Shown here: in pieces, positions 29,042 through 38,702 of the stretch
Layout: every line of letters begins with the position of its first letter
How positions within the stretch are numbered: position 1 is the stretch's first letter
DNA from: an uncultured Candidatus Saccharibacteria bacterium
GTDB lineage: Bacteria > Patescibacteriota > Minisyncoccia > Phycocordibacterales > PALSA-1337
Assembly (NCBI GenBank): GCA_964406895.1
Contig: CAYOTK010000002.1
Location: 6,004 to 70,003, forward strand
Length of the DNA: 64,000 nucleotides
Direction of reading: 5' to 3'
Program-made: the position numbers and the translations under genes
Notes under the pieces: model-generated
Told to the model about the DNA's origin: nothing
Databases searched by the model: none
Seen by the model: the letters and a program-made list of their open reading frames with translations, nothing else

Positions 29042-29935
29042 ATGATCGTATTGCTTAGAAAACTTGCAATAACAATAATATTATTAGCTGTAGTTACAGT
29101 CATATCATATGGTTTTTTGACCTTGTCGAAACAAGATGAACAAGCCAGTTTGAGTTTGAAAGATAATAAGAAAGCATTGGATCAATCTCATACAAGGATT
29201 TCATCAGAAGTTCAAGGAATTATTGATTCCGAGACAAAAAGACTACAAGAAGAGAAGGTTAAACTTGATGAATTGAGAAAGCAATATTCATTCTATGGTG
29301 AAGCTGATACAGAATTGGCAAATCAAGTAGTATCTCTTGGTACAGAAATCATAGAAAAAACCAAGAATTTTGCACCGAAGGAAAATGAAATTTCTGATAC
29401 CAAGAATAAGGTCGAGGAATTATTAGAAAAAATTAAGATTTACAACGAAGTTGCAGAAAGCGATAAGAAAATTATTCGTGACTATATAAGTGAGCTACAA
29501 TCATGGTCCAATAATATCACTCCGACAAATTCAGGTCTGACACAGACAGAAATAAATAAAGAGAAAAGTACAATCAGTATTCTTGCCAAGGAAGCAGAAA
29601 AAACCTTCCAAGATATCGTTAAATACGAGAATATCCTAAAGCAGGAAGAAAAGATTAATAATATAGTCGAGAATATAGAGGAATTGAAAAATACGACTAC
29701 GAATTCAGGCACAAATACAAATGAAAATCCAGCACCTAATACCTCGACCGATAATAGTAGTTTAGACACTAGCACTAGTTCAAGTCAGGTAGAATTTCCT
29801 GGATATTCTTACGAATCAAGCGTATATACAGATGATGCGCCTAAGAATGGTTTGGTGCCGGTTATATTCTTTACAAATAAGAAAAGCGCTGATACTAGTA
29901 GTAAACCTGATATTCTTCAAGGTTCTGATCTCTAA
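29042..29935 (+). CDS. membrane-anchored coiled-coil protein with S/T/N-rich C-terminus
   Basis: N-terminal TM helix, long E/K-rich coiled region, low-complexity tail. Confidence 0.3.
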   Translation: MIVLLRKLAITIILLAVVTVISYGFLTLSKQDEQASLSLKDNKKALDQSHTRISSEVQGIIDSETKRLQEEKVKLDELRKQYSFYGEADTELANQVVSLGTEIIEKTKNFAPKENEISDTKNKVEELLEKIKIYNEVAESDKKIIRDYISELQSWSNNITPTNSGLTQTEINKEKSTISILAKEAEKTFQDIVKYENILKQEEKINNIVENIEELKNTTTNSGTNTNENPAPNTSTDNSSLDTSTSSSQVEFPGYSYESSVYTDDAPKNGLVPVIFFTNKKSADTSSKPDILQGSDL

Positions 29936-29940
29936 TATTA

Positions 29941-30971
29941 TGTTTTATAGAAAAATTCTAAAACCAATATTGTTCAAGTTTGATCCAGAAAGTGTACATG
30001 ATTTCTTCGTGAGTTCTGGAATATTCTTCGGGAATAATCCGATAACTCGATCTCTGATCAAGCTTGCTTATGGTTATTCGAATCCCAAACTTACCAAAGT
30101 CGTAGATGGTATCACATACAAAAGCCCCGTTTTGCTTTCTGCAGGTTTTGATTATAATGCAAAACTTTTCAATATTTTGCCATGCATAGGTCTCGGTGGA
30201 GAAGAGGCGGGTTCTGTCACAGCTAGACCTTGCGAAGGGAATCCAAAACCGCGTCTTACCAGATTGCCTTTGTCAAAAAGTATTCTTGTAAATAAAGGTC
30301 TCAGAAATGATGGTGTTGAGGCAATCATTGCTAGATTGAAAAAAGCCAAAAGACAGAAAGATTTTGTTTTGGGTATAAGTATTGCAAGGACGAATGATAT
30401 AAAATGTTCTTCAGTAGAAGAAGGTATTGCTGATTATGTTTATTCTTTCAAGAGGTTGAATGAAGAGAATGTTGGAGATTATTATACTATCAATATTTCT
30501 TGCCCGAATGCATTCGGTGGAGAAGCCTTTATAACCGCTCCACTATTGACTCAGTTACTATCTTCACTAAAGAAAATTCCGTGTAACAAGCCTGTCTATA
30601 TCAAAATGCCTATAAATATTCCTTGGTCTCAGTTCCAGTCTCTACTTCAAGTAATCGATGAATATGGCATGAATGGCGTAGTCATAGGTAATCTGAACAA
30701 GGATTATGAGAGACTAGATCATAGGCATGAAGCGCCCCGAGAATATTGTGGTGGACTTTCTGGCAAACCTTGCCTTCATCTTTCTACGGAACTTATTCAA
30801 AAGACCAGAGAATTATACGGCAAACGTTTTACTATTATTGGTGTCGGAGGTGTTATGTCTCCAGAAACTGCAAAAGAAAAATTTGATGCTGGCGCAGATC
30901 TTATTCAGTTGATTACTGGAATGATATATGAGGGCCCAGGACTTATAAAAAAGATATTGAAAAGTATGTAA
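29941..30971 (+). CDS. pyrD: dihydroorotate dehydrogenase (quinone-type)
   Basis: GFDYNAKLF...GLGGEEAGSVTARPCEGNPKPRLTRL and IIGVGGVMSPETAKEKFDAGADLIQLITGMIYEGPGL; start taken at MFYRKILKPILFKFDPE. Confidence 0.75.
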
Positions 30972-30984
30972 TTTCAATTTTAGT

Positions 30985-31200
30985 ATTCGTCCTCGGTCAG
31001 CTCCTGTGTATTTTTGTAAAGTTTCGAATAATCCACGAAGAATGTACGGGAGAATTTTCCAAATGCCGGCTGAAGCCGTGGAAGCCGGCTTTTGTGAAAA
31101 TTCCCGTACATGATGAGTGGAGTTCGAAACTTTACAAAAATACACAGGAGCCGCCCTCAAACGAATACGGTTCTGACTCTGACGAATACGGATGCTGTTC
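30985..31200. repeat. large nested palindrome (~200 nt; 28-bp perfect outer stem ctcctgtgtatttttgtaaagtttcgaa / ttcgaaactttacaaaaatacacaggag with inner inverted repeats)
   Basis: Read directly; lies between pyrD and gap. Confidence 0.6.
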
Positions 31201-31286
31201 GTGACTAATACAGACAATTCACCAAGCATTGTACACAAATATTCATACATGATGTTATAATACGTACATAAATAATATTAAAAAAT

Positions 31287-32318
31287 ATGAAAAAAACACG
31301 CGTAGCAATAAATGGTTTCGGAAGAATCGGTAGAGCATTTCTTAAGGTTGCAAGAGAAAGGGAAGAGATAGAAATAGTTGCTGTCAACGATCTAGGCGAC
31401 ATAAAGAATTTTGCATACTTACTCAAATACGATACAGCTTATGGCGTCAGCAATTTCGATGTTAGTGTAGATGAATCAACTAGTTCTCTCGTCATTTCTG
31501 GTCAAAAAGTCAAATTCATAAGCGAAAAAGATCCAACCAAGCTTCCTTGGAAAGATTTGAATATTGATGTTGTTGTCGAGTCCACAGGTCTTTTCACTTC
31601 TTCAGAGAAAGCGCAAGCACATATAGATGCGGGTGCAAAGAGAGTTGTCGTAACTGCTCCTGTCAAAGATTCTCCAGAATCAAAAGTCAAAGGCGCCACA
31701 ATACTCATGGCTATGAATGAAAACGCGCTCCAAACATGCTCTATTTCTTCTAACGCTTCTTGCACAACCAATGCCGGCAGTCCTCTAATTGCTATTTTGG
31801 ACGAGACGATTGGGGTAGAAAAAGCTCTTCTCAATACTGTCCATGCATATACAGCTTCACAGGCTCTAGTCGATGGTCCCTCCAAGAAAGATTTCCGTGA
31901 GGGTCGTTCAGCTGCTCAAAATATCGTACCATCATCGACAGGTGCAGCTATTGCAGTTACGCAAGTCATGCCACATCTAAAAGGTTTATTCGATGGTATA
32001 TCAATACGCGTGCCAGTAGTCACCGGTTCAATTGTCGACGTCACTTTTGTTTCCAAGAAGGCAACTACAGTCGAAGAAGTAAACTCAATCCTGAAAAAGG
32101 CGGCTGGCGAAGAGCGTTGGAAAAATATTTTTACAACAACAAATGAGCAACTTGTTTCTCATGACATAGTCGGCAATCATCACGCTTCCATTGCGGATCT
32201 TTCTTTCACGCGCGTGGTTGGTGGAAATTTGGTTAAAGTTTTGGCTTGGTATGATAATGAGATGGGGTACACATACACCCTCGTAAATCATGTCATTGCT
32301 GCAGGTAGATTAGTCTAA
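31287..32318 (+). CDS. gap: glyceraldehyde-3-phosphate dehydrogenase
   Basis: N-terminus RVAINGFGRIGR; active-site SNASCTTN; C-terminus WYDNEMGYT. Confidence 0.9.
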   Translation: MKKTRVAINGFGRIGRAFLKVAREREEIEIVAVNDLGDIKNFAYLLKYDTAYGVSNFDVSVDESTSSLVISGQKVKFISEKDPTKLPWKDLNIDVVVESTGLFTSSEKAQAHIDAGAKRVVVTAPVKDSPESKVKGATILMAMNENALQTCSISSNASCTTNAGSPLIAILDETIGVEKALLNTVHAYTASQALVDGPSKKDFREGRSAAQNIVPSSTGAAIAVTQVMPHLKGLFDGISIRVPVVTGSIVDVTFVSKKATTVEEVNSILKKAAGEERWKNIFTTTNEQLVSHDIVGNHHASIADLSFTRVVGGNLVKVLAWYDNEMGYTYTLVNHVIAAGRLV

Positions 32319-32345
32319 AAATCCAGACTTCTAAAATTCAATAAG

Positions 32346-32378
32346 TTTAAAGACCTAGTAAATCTAGGTCTTTTTTGT
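32346..32378 (+). terminator. rho-independent terminator after gap
   Basis: aagacctag taaat ctaggtctt followed by tttttt. Confidence 0.6.
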
Positions 32379-32462
32379 ACCTAGGCTCGTCTACCAAAGG
32401 TCGAAATTTATTAACCAAAGAATCATTGCCCTTACGAGGGATCAGCCGATGTACAACGGCAG

Positions 32463-32792
32463 ATGCTACCAATGAAAAATAAACCTAAAAACACTAGAGC
32501 AGTTACCTATAGAAGATATGGCATCCCCGCCCTCATCCTCGAAGGAAAATGGCTCACAGCAAAATATCGATTGAACATAGGTGATGTTATCGATATAGAT
32601 TATCAATCTAAAGAAATTCGACTACGGAAGAACCCATCTCTTAGTAAGGAGCGACAAGCCATGCTCAGAGAGAAAGCAGAAATCCGCAGACGGAGAATCA
32701 CGGGATACGCACATGAAAACACAAGCACAAATGAAAGCATTGGCCAGAGAAGCATTGAAACTAGTGAAGGACAGAGCGCCGTCGATAGTTGA
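32463..32792 (+). CDS. phage early protein, hypothetical (possible small DNA-binding regulator)
   Basis: First ORF after the gap terminator; basic, 109 aa. Confidence 0.25.
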   Translation: MLPMKNKPKNTRAVTYRRYGIPALILEGKWLTAKYRLNIGDVIDIDYQSKEIRLRKNPSLSKERQAMLREKAEIRRRRITGYAHENTSTNESIGQRSIETSEGQSAVDS

Positions 32793-33006
32793 TGAGCGGA
32801 TCCTTCCTGAAGCACTAGACGAGGTAGCCCATTACACGGGCGAACTTATGGGTAAGCTAACTAACCTCGATGCTGAAGATGACAAAGCTATAACTATGGC
32901 TCATGGAATCATCTATGACGGATTGCTAAGTGAGATCATCGGTCAGACCACAAAAGTTCAGCTTACCGCAGCAGACAAAAGAATTACTAAATTATTCAAA
33001 AAATAA
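32713..33006 (+). CDS. phage hypothetical protein
   Basis: 97-aa ORF, no recognisable motif. Confidence 0.2.
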   Translation: MKTQAQMKALAREALKLVKDRAPSIVDERILPEALDEVAHYTGELMGKLTNLDAEDDKAITMAHGIIYDGLLSEIIGQTTKVQLTAADKRITKLFKK

Positions 33007-33084
33007 AATCTCCCCGCGAGGAGAGATAGGATTCGTAAGATAAATCCATTCTCTCAAATACCTCTCGGGAAGTCAATAACCAAA

Positions 33085-34230
33085 ATGAACACACAAAATT
33101 TAACAACAGGTAAGCCAAGGGTGCAAGATAACTTCTTCGCATTGATTGGCAACACCAAGCCCTACTTCAAGGCAGCCTTCGAAGGCTTCGCTGGAACGGG
33201 TAAGACCTACACAGCAGCGAAAGTTGCCATAGGTCTACATAAGAGAGTCGGATCAAAGAAACCAGTCATCATCTTCGACACCGAGAAAGCGGCTAAGTTC
33301 CTCAAATCCATGTTCGCAGCGGAAGGGATCGAGGTACTGGTCCGCGAATCAAAATCCCTTGCCGACCTCAAGGAAACGATGACCCGCATGAGAGAAGGCG
33401 CAAGCGACGTTCTCATCATCGACTCAATCAGTCATGTCTGGGAAGACTTCCTCAAGTCATACGCAGAGAAGGTCAGACGCACTAGATTGGAATTCCAAGA
33501 CTGGGGTGTGATCAAGCCGACATGGAAAACAGAATTCTCCGATGTATTCGTCCGCGATCCCTACCACATCATCATGACAGGTCGTGCCGGCTATGAGTAC
33601 GAAAATGAGATCAACAAGGAGACTGGCAAAAGAGAGATCTACAAATCGGGAATAAAGATGAAGGTCGAGGGAGAGACAGCCTACGAGCCTGATCTCCTTG
33701 TCCTCATGGAACGCATGCAGGAGATGGAAGGAGGTTCGATCAAGAAGGTAACAAGACAGGGCATTGTCATCAAAGACCGCTCAACAGTAATCGATGGCAA
33801 GGTATTCGAAAATCCTGACTTCAAGGACTTCGCACCGGCAATTGACGTGATGCTAGAAGCTCCCGAAAAGCTCGAAACTACCGCAGAACGTGATGCGGGA
33901 ACGCTCTTCCGAACAGAGGAAGAAAAGTACGAGTGGAAGCAGATGAAGAAGCGATGGCTCGAGGAGATCGAGAATTATCTCGTCTCCGTCTGGCCAGGAC
34001 AATCTGCCGACCAGAAGAAGCTCAAAATCGACGCAATCAAATACGCATTCGATACCATGAGTTGGACGGTAGTCGAATCATTGCGACCTGAAGCATTGGA
34101 AGCTGGATTCAAGAGAGTCCAGGACTTCGTGCAGAAGCATATTCAGATACAAGCTGCGGAGGTGAAACAAGCGGAACCAAAGGTCGAAAAGCCAGCCAAG
34201 AAAACAGAGGCCAAGGCAAAAACAAAATAG
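33085..34230 (+). CDS. phage P-loop ATPase (AAA_24 / Sak4-like recombination-replication ATPase)
   Basis: Walker A EGFAGTGKTYTA near the N-terminus, Walker B VLIIDSIS; phage replication module context. Confidence 0.45.
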   Translation: MNTQNLTTGKPRVQDNFFALIGNTKPYFKAAFEGFAGTGKTYTAAKVAIGLHKRVGSKKPVIIFDTEKAAKFLKSMFAAEGIEVLVRESKSLADLKETMTRMREGASDVLIIDSISHVWEDFLKSYAEKVRRTRLEFQDWGVIKPTWKTEFSDVFVRDPYHIIMTGRAGYEYENEINKETGKREIYKSGIKMKVEGETAYEPDLLVLMERMQEMEGGSIKKVTRQGIVIKDRSTVIDGKVFENPDFKDFAPAIDVMLEAPEKLETTAERDAGTLFRTEEEKYEWKQMKKRWLEEIENYLVSVWPGQSADQKKLKIDAIKYAFDTMSWTVVESLRPEALEAGFKRVQDFVQKHIQIQAAEVKQAEPKVEKPAKKTEAKAKTK

Positions 34231-34343
34231 AGAGAAAGCGCTGACTTTGGCCGCTGACTCAGTCCTCGCCGCAGCGGCACGAGGATTGAGATCAGAAGGC
34301 CAAGGGAAGATAACGCCTACCGGCGCTTTCTTTCTTCATCAAA

Positions 34344-34910
34344 ATGGAAGAACACAAAAAATACAATTTAATACCGAATAGCACTCAGTTACCAAATATT
34401 CTTCTCGACAAAATTATTCCTCTTATTCCTGAAGCTGAAGCACGATGCTTAATTTACATATGCCGTCGCACCTTTGGTTTTCAAAAGGAGTCGGATCGCA
34501 TTAGTTTTTCGCAATTTATGGAAGGGATCAAGGACCGGAGAGGTGTAGTTCTTGATTATGGCACTGGATTGTCCCGCCAGTCAGTCTCACAAGGGCTCAA
34601 AAATCTGGTCCGTGCAGGGGCAGTCATTTCAATCAAAAACAGCAAAGGGAATTTCTATAAAATTAATCTTGAAATGGCTGTGGATAAAGTAGTCAATCTA
34701 GTAGACCAGTCTAGAAAATTGACCAAAAGTGGTCTAAAGAATAGACCAAAATCGGTCTACCTAGTAGACACACAAAACCAAGGAAACAAAGAGAAACCAA
34801 GTATTAGGGGTTCGACAGATCCACCTGTGGATAACCGCCCTGAGTTTTTGAGACTCAGGGCAGATCTCATTGATAAACTTTTATTAAAAAATACTAATCA
34901 AAAATCATGA
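34344..34910 (+). CDS. phage replication-associated protein (winged-helix, replisome-organiser-like)
   Basis: Position and size; basic C-terminus. Confidence 0.25.
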   Translation: MEEHKKYNLIPNSTQLPNILLDKIIPLIPEAEARCLIYICRRTFGFQKESDRISFSQFMEGIKDRRGVVLDYGTGLSRQSVSQGLKNLVRAGAVISIKNSKGNFYKINLEMAVDKVVNLVDQSRKLTKSGLKNRPKSVYLVDTQNQGNKEKPSIRGSTDPPVDNRPEFLRLRADLIDKLLLKNTNQKS

Positions 34911-35320
34911 AGCAATTCTCATTCACCATAGAAGGTAACCAGGATGATCGACTTGGAAATGCCATACCAAAGATCAGAAAAACATACCGACAGCAATGGA
35001 CACCCGAAGCCCAGAGATATACAGCATGGAAGGGATACGTACAAGAAGCATTTCTTCGGTCACTTGTAGATATAGATTTCAGAGTTCACATAAGATTTCA
35101 GCGTCTAGTAAAGAAGCCAATAAAGCTTGCTGAGGGTGAAAAAGCTGTAATGGATATCCGCATTTTCTGGAAAGACGAGACGCACGGCGATCCTGAAAAT
35201 ATATTCGGCTCAATTACAGATGCACTTTTCTACAACGACAAATACCTCGATGGTTCATTCAAAAGTGAACTCGCAAAAGATGGTAAGGGTCGAGTAGAGA
35301 TAATTATCAACTTAAATTAA
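34907..35320 (+). CDS. phage hypothetical protein
   Basis: 137-aa ORF, overlapping stop/start with neighbours. Confidence 0.25.
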   Translation: MKQFSFTIEGNQDDRLGNAIPKIRKTYRQQWTPEAQRYTAWKGYVQEAFLRSLVDIDFRVHIRFQRLVKKPIKLAEGEKAVMDIRIFWKDETHGDPENIFGSITDALFYNDKYLDGSFKSELAKDGKGRVEIIINLN

Positions 35321-35704
35321 ATGACAATGACATCAGAACAAACAAAAGTAATCAAAGATAAATTTATTCAGGAACTCAATGAACAGATTTGGCGCAAGAA
35401 AATGAACATCGCCTTTGACCTCGGTAAAATCCCAGATATCGAAAAACTCCGCGACGACAGATTCAAGGAACTTGATGGTCTTAATGCCGATCTAAAGCTC
35501 ATTGATCCTTCTGACACTACAAAGCAGAGTCGAGTAAAGAGAAAGGATTTAGAAAAGAAAATAGCATTAGCCGAAGACTTCACCTTGAAGTGTGATGAGA
35601 CAATCGTGGTTATTAGAGACAATACAAATAAGGAAAATGAAAAGGTCGATCAATTACTCGCAAGAATTAAATTTGCCGAAGATTATGGAATCGACAAAAA
35701 TTAA
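35321..35704 (+). CDS. phage hypothetical protein
   Basis: 127-aa ORF. Confidence 0.25.
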   Translation: MTMTSEQTKVIKDKFIQELNEQIWRKKMNIAFDLGKIPDIEKLRDDRFKELDGLNADLKLIDPSDTTKQSRVKRKDLEKKIALAEDFTLKCDETIVVIRDNTNKENEKVDQLLARIKFAEDYGIDKN

Positions 35705-36968
35705 AATCACTGAATTAAGACGTGCTGAGTATAACCCACGTATCATGCCTGAAAATGAAATGTCAGCACTCAAGACAAGTATCAAGACCTTCGGCTTTGT
35801 CGAATCGGTCGTTGTGAATACTCACACCTGTGACCAATGTGGTGACCGAAAATGGGTACTGGTAGGGGGTCATCAGCGAACTACCGCTGTAGAGGGGCTT
35901 GTAGCCCAAGGTGAGCCTATAAGGGGTATAGAAACCAATGATGGAGTCACTCTTATTCCAGCTAATCTGGTGGATCTGCACCTTCCAGAAGAAAAGCTTC
36001 TCAATCTCGCTCTCAACAAAATCAAGGGAAAATGGGACGAGAAAAAACTCTTTGAAATTATTGTGGAGCTTAAGGAATCACCATCAATTCCTGCTTCAGG
36101 ATTCAGAGATGATGAAATTAGTCGGATACTAGATCAGACACTTGATGATGAGGAAGAAGATGAAGGAGATGAAGACGAATTAAATAAGGAACCAATATCG
36201 AAGCTTGGAGAAATCTATGAATTAGGGTCCCATAAGCTTATCTGTGGCGACTCAACGGATCCCGAGGTCTATAAAAAACTTCTCGGGGATGAAAGAGCTG
36301 ATATGGTATTTACTGATCCGCCATACAATGTGAACTATAAAAGTAGAGGAAATAAACTAAAAGAGGAGGGTAATGAATCAATCAAAAATGACAACATGGA
36401 TGACAATCAATTCCGAGCATTCATTGATTCCGCTTTCTATGCATTATTTATTAGTACAAAAGAAGGTGCATCATTTTACATCTGCTCTGGCTGGAGCTCA
36501 TATCCGCAATTTCTTGAAAGCATGCTAAAGCATGGCTTCCAACACTCTGGGGTAATTATCTGGGTTAAGAATGTACCTTCTATGGGATGGAATGATTATC
36601 GCTACAAGCATGAATGGATTGCTCGCGCAATTAAACCTGATCCTAAAACTGCCAAGGGAATCATTTATGGTTGGAAAAATGGCACTCATAAATTCTATGG
36701 GGACAATGAATTCGATGTCTGGGAAATGCCGAGAAAGGCAGTCGCCCGCTACCTGCACCCGACTGAGAAACCTGATTGGCTTGCCATGAGGGCACTTCGT
36801 AACTCAACCAAAAGGAATGACATTGTTCTAGATCCATTCGGTGGGTCCGGTAGCACAATGGCTGCGGCTGAAAAGGTCGGTCGCCGAGCATACATGATCG
36901 AACTTGATCCGAAGTTCTGCGATGTTATACGCAATAGATGGGAGAGAATTAATAAAATAAAGCAATGA
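35685..36968 (+). CDS. ParB-like nuclease N-terminal domain fused to DNA N6-adenine/N4-cytosine methyltransferase
   Basis: ParB-N-like VLVGGHQRTTA; MTase motif IV VFTDPPYNV; acidic linker; start taken at MESTKIKITELRR. Confidence 0.65.
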   Translation: MESTKIKITELRRAEYNPRIMPENEMSALKTSIKTFGFVESVVVNTHTCDQCGDRKWVLVGGHQRTTAVEGLVAQGEPIRGIETNDGVTLIPANLVDLHLPEEKLLNLALNKIKGKWDEKKLFEIIVELKESPSIPASGFRDDEISRILDQTLDDEEEDEGDEDELNKEPISKLGEIYELGSHKLICGDSTDPEVYKKLLGDERADMVFTDPPYNVNYKSRGNKLKEEGNESIKNDNMDDNQFRAFIDSAFYALFISTKEGASFYICSGWSSYPQFLESMLKHGFQHSGVIIWVKNVPSMGWNDYRYKHEWIARAIKPDPKTAKGIIYGWKNGTHKFYGDNEFDVWEMPRKAVARYLHPTEKPDWLAMRALRNSTKRNDIVLDPFGGSGSTMAAAEKVGRRAYMIELDPKFCDVIRNRWERINKIKQ

Positions 36969-38092
36969 GGTACTTCAGTCTCTTCTCGGGAATTGGAGGC
37001 TTCGAACTCGGTATACACAACGCATATGTGGAAACAGTTAACAGAAAGAAGGACAGAGGAGGCAAAGCGACTCCGAAGACTCGGGGTGGTAAAGGATACA
37101 AGAAATCTGAAAAAGCTGGTCCCGAGAGAGGACTATCTTGCAAACACCATCACTGCGACGGCTTACGACAAGAATCGCTTGCTTGCGTGGGTTACTCCGA
37201 GATCGACAAACACGCAATCAGAATTTATGAAAAATATTTCAAACACACAAATTATGGAGACATCAGAAAAATCAAACCAAGAAAACTGCCAGATTTCGAC
37301 TTACTCATTGGAGGTTTTCCTTGCCAATCTTTCTCTATTGCCGGCAAGAGAAAGGGCTTTGAAGACACTCGAGGGACATTGTTCTTTGAGATTGCTCGCA
37401 TTGTCGCTGCCAAAAGACCACGGCTTCTACTCCTTGAGAATGTTAAGGGGCTTCTCTCTCACGAAACGGGGCGTACCTTCGGCATTATCCTCCGCACACT
37501 GGATGGTCTTGGGTATAACCTCCAATGGCAGGTGCTTAACAGCAAGAATTTCGGAGTACCACAGAACAGAGAGAGGGTCTTCATTGTTGGACATCTTAGA
37601 GACACACCCAGACCGGAAGTATTTCCTCTCTGCCAAAACAACAGCGAGAATATTATCTTACCGACCATTACGACACGTGTTACCGCAGACTCGAACGGAA
37701 CTTATGTTGGTAAAAGATCGACACATAAAGACCTGAAATATATTGGTGCAGTCATGAGCGAGAAGAACAAGAAGTGGCTCGATGATGGAAAACAGCTTAG
37801 TCGAAACTTTCCCCAAGGGAGCCGAATATATGATGCAAAAGGCATAGCTACAACTCTCGCAAGCCAGGCAGGAGGGTTGGGAGCGAAAACAGGACTTTAT
37901 GCCGTCAAAGGTTTGCAAAAGATACGTCGTCTTACGGCAAAGGAATGCGAAAGATTACAGGGGTTTCCTGATGATTGGACTCTAGGGACAAGCGATACCC
38001 AACGGTACAAATGTCTAGGGAATGCAGTCACAGTAAATGTCGTTCAAGCAATTATAGAAAAGCTTGTATTTACAAAGGTTAAATTAAAATAG
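36965..38092 (+). CDS. DNA cytosine-5 methyltransferase
   Basis: Motif I FSGIGGFELG, motif IV GGFPCQSFSIAGKR, motif VI ENVKGL. Confidence 0.85.
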   Translation: MRYFSLFSGIGGFELGIHNAYVETVNRKKDRGGKATPKTRGGKGYKKSEKAGPERGLSCKHHHCDGLRQESLACVGYSEIDKHAIRIYEKYFKHTNYGDIRKIKPRKLPDFDLLIGGFPCQSFSIAGKRKGFEDTRGTLFFEIARIVAAKRPRLLLLENVKGLLSHETGRTFGIILRTLDGLGYNLQWQVLNSKNFGVPQNRERVFIVGHLRDTPRPEVFPLCQNNSENIILPTITTRVTADSNGTYVGKRSTHKDLKYIGAVMSEKNKKWLDDGKQLSRNFPQGSRIYDAKGIATTLASQAGGLGAKTGLYAVKGLQKIRRLTAKECERLQGFPDDWTLGTSDTQRYKCLGNAVTVNVVQAIIEKLVFTKVKLK

Positions 38093-38108
38093 ATACGAAT
38101 AGATACGA

Positions 38109-38702
38109 ATGAAAATATTGCAGCCACAAGAAGAAAAAATAAAGCTCGCAATACGTGACGCTATTGCGGTTGACCCCTTGATATCCATATCGAGGCTTCA
38201 AGATGTATTGTTCAAAAAAGGCTTCAAGACAGCAGGGAATCAAAACCTTGCATGGCACTATATTGCAAAGGTTGTAAGAAAGATAAATCGTGAAGCCATT
38301 GAAAGAGTTGATCGGCAACAAATTACCGAAAGGTTGGCACAGAGTAAAGAGAGATATAGGCTTGTGTTCGACAGACTGATGCGTATTGCTTTTTATACTG
38401 ATGATCTTAAACAGGAAGGAATGCTACCTCCGAGCTACAAGGATCAAATATCTGCTCTTAACTCGATTGTTCGGCTAGATATTGCAATCTTAAATGCGGA
38501 AATGGATGCTGGGATTTTTGAACGTCATCTAGGGACTCTCGAGGTTGATAAAAGAAACAAGCCGATACCTAAAGAAGTAAGAGATCGAATCAGACAAGCG
38601 ATGATCAATTGGGGAATGATGTCAGATGTAATTAATAATCAAAATGCAGTCGATGCAAAACCTACCACAGCACTCGTGGTTCGAAACCAATCATCTTTAT
38701 GA
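38109..38702 (+). CDS. putative terminase small subunit
   Basis: 197-aa ORF immediately upstream of and overlapping the terminase large subunit. Confidence 0.3.
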   Translation: MKILQPQEEKIKLAIRDAIAVDPLISISRLQDVLFKKGFKTAGNQNLAWHYIAKVVRKINREAIERVDRQQITERLAQSKERYRLVFDRLMRIAFYTDDLKQEGMLPPSYKDQISALNSIVRLDIAILNAEMDAGIFERHLGTLEVDKRNKPIPKEVRDRIRQAMINWGMMSDVINNQNAVDAKPTTALVVRNQSSL

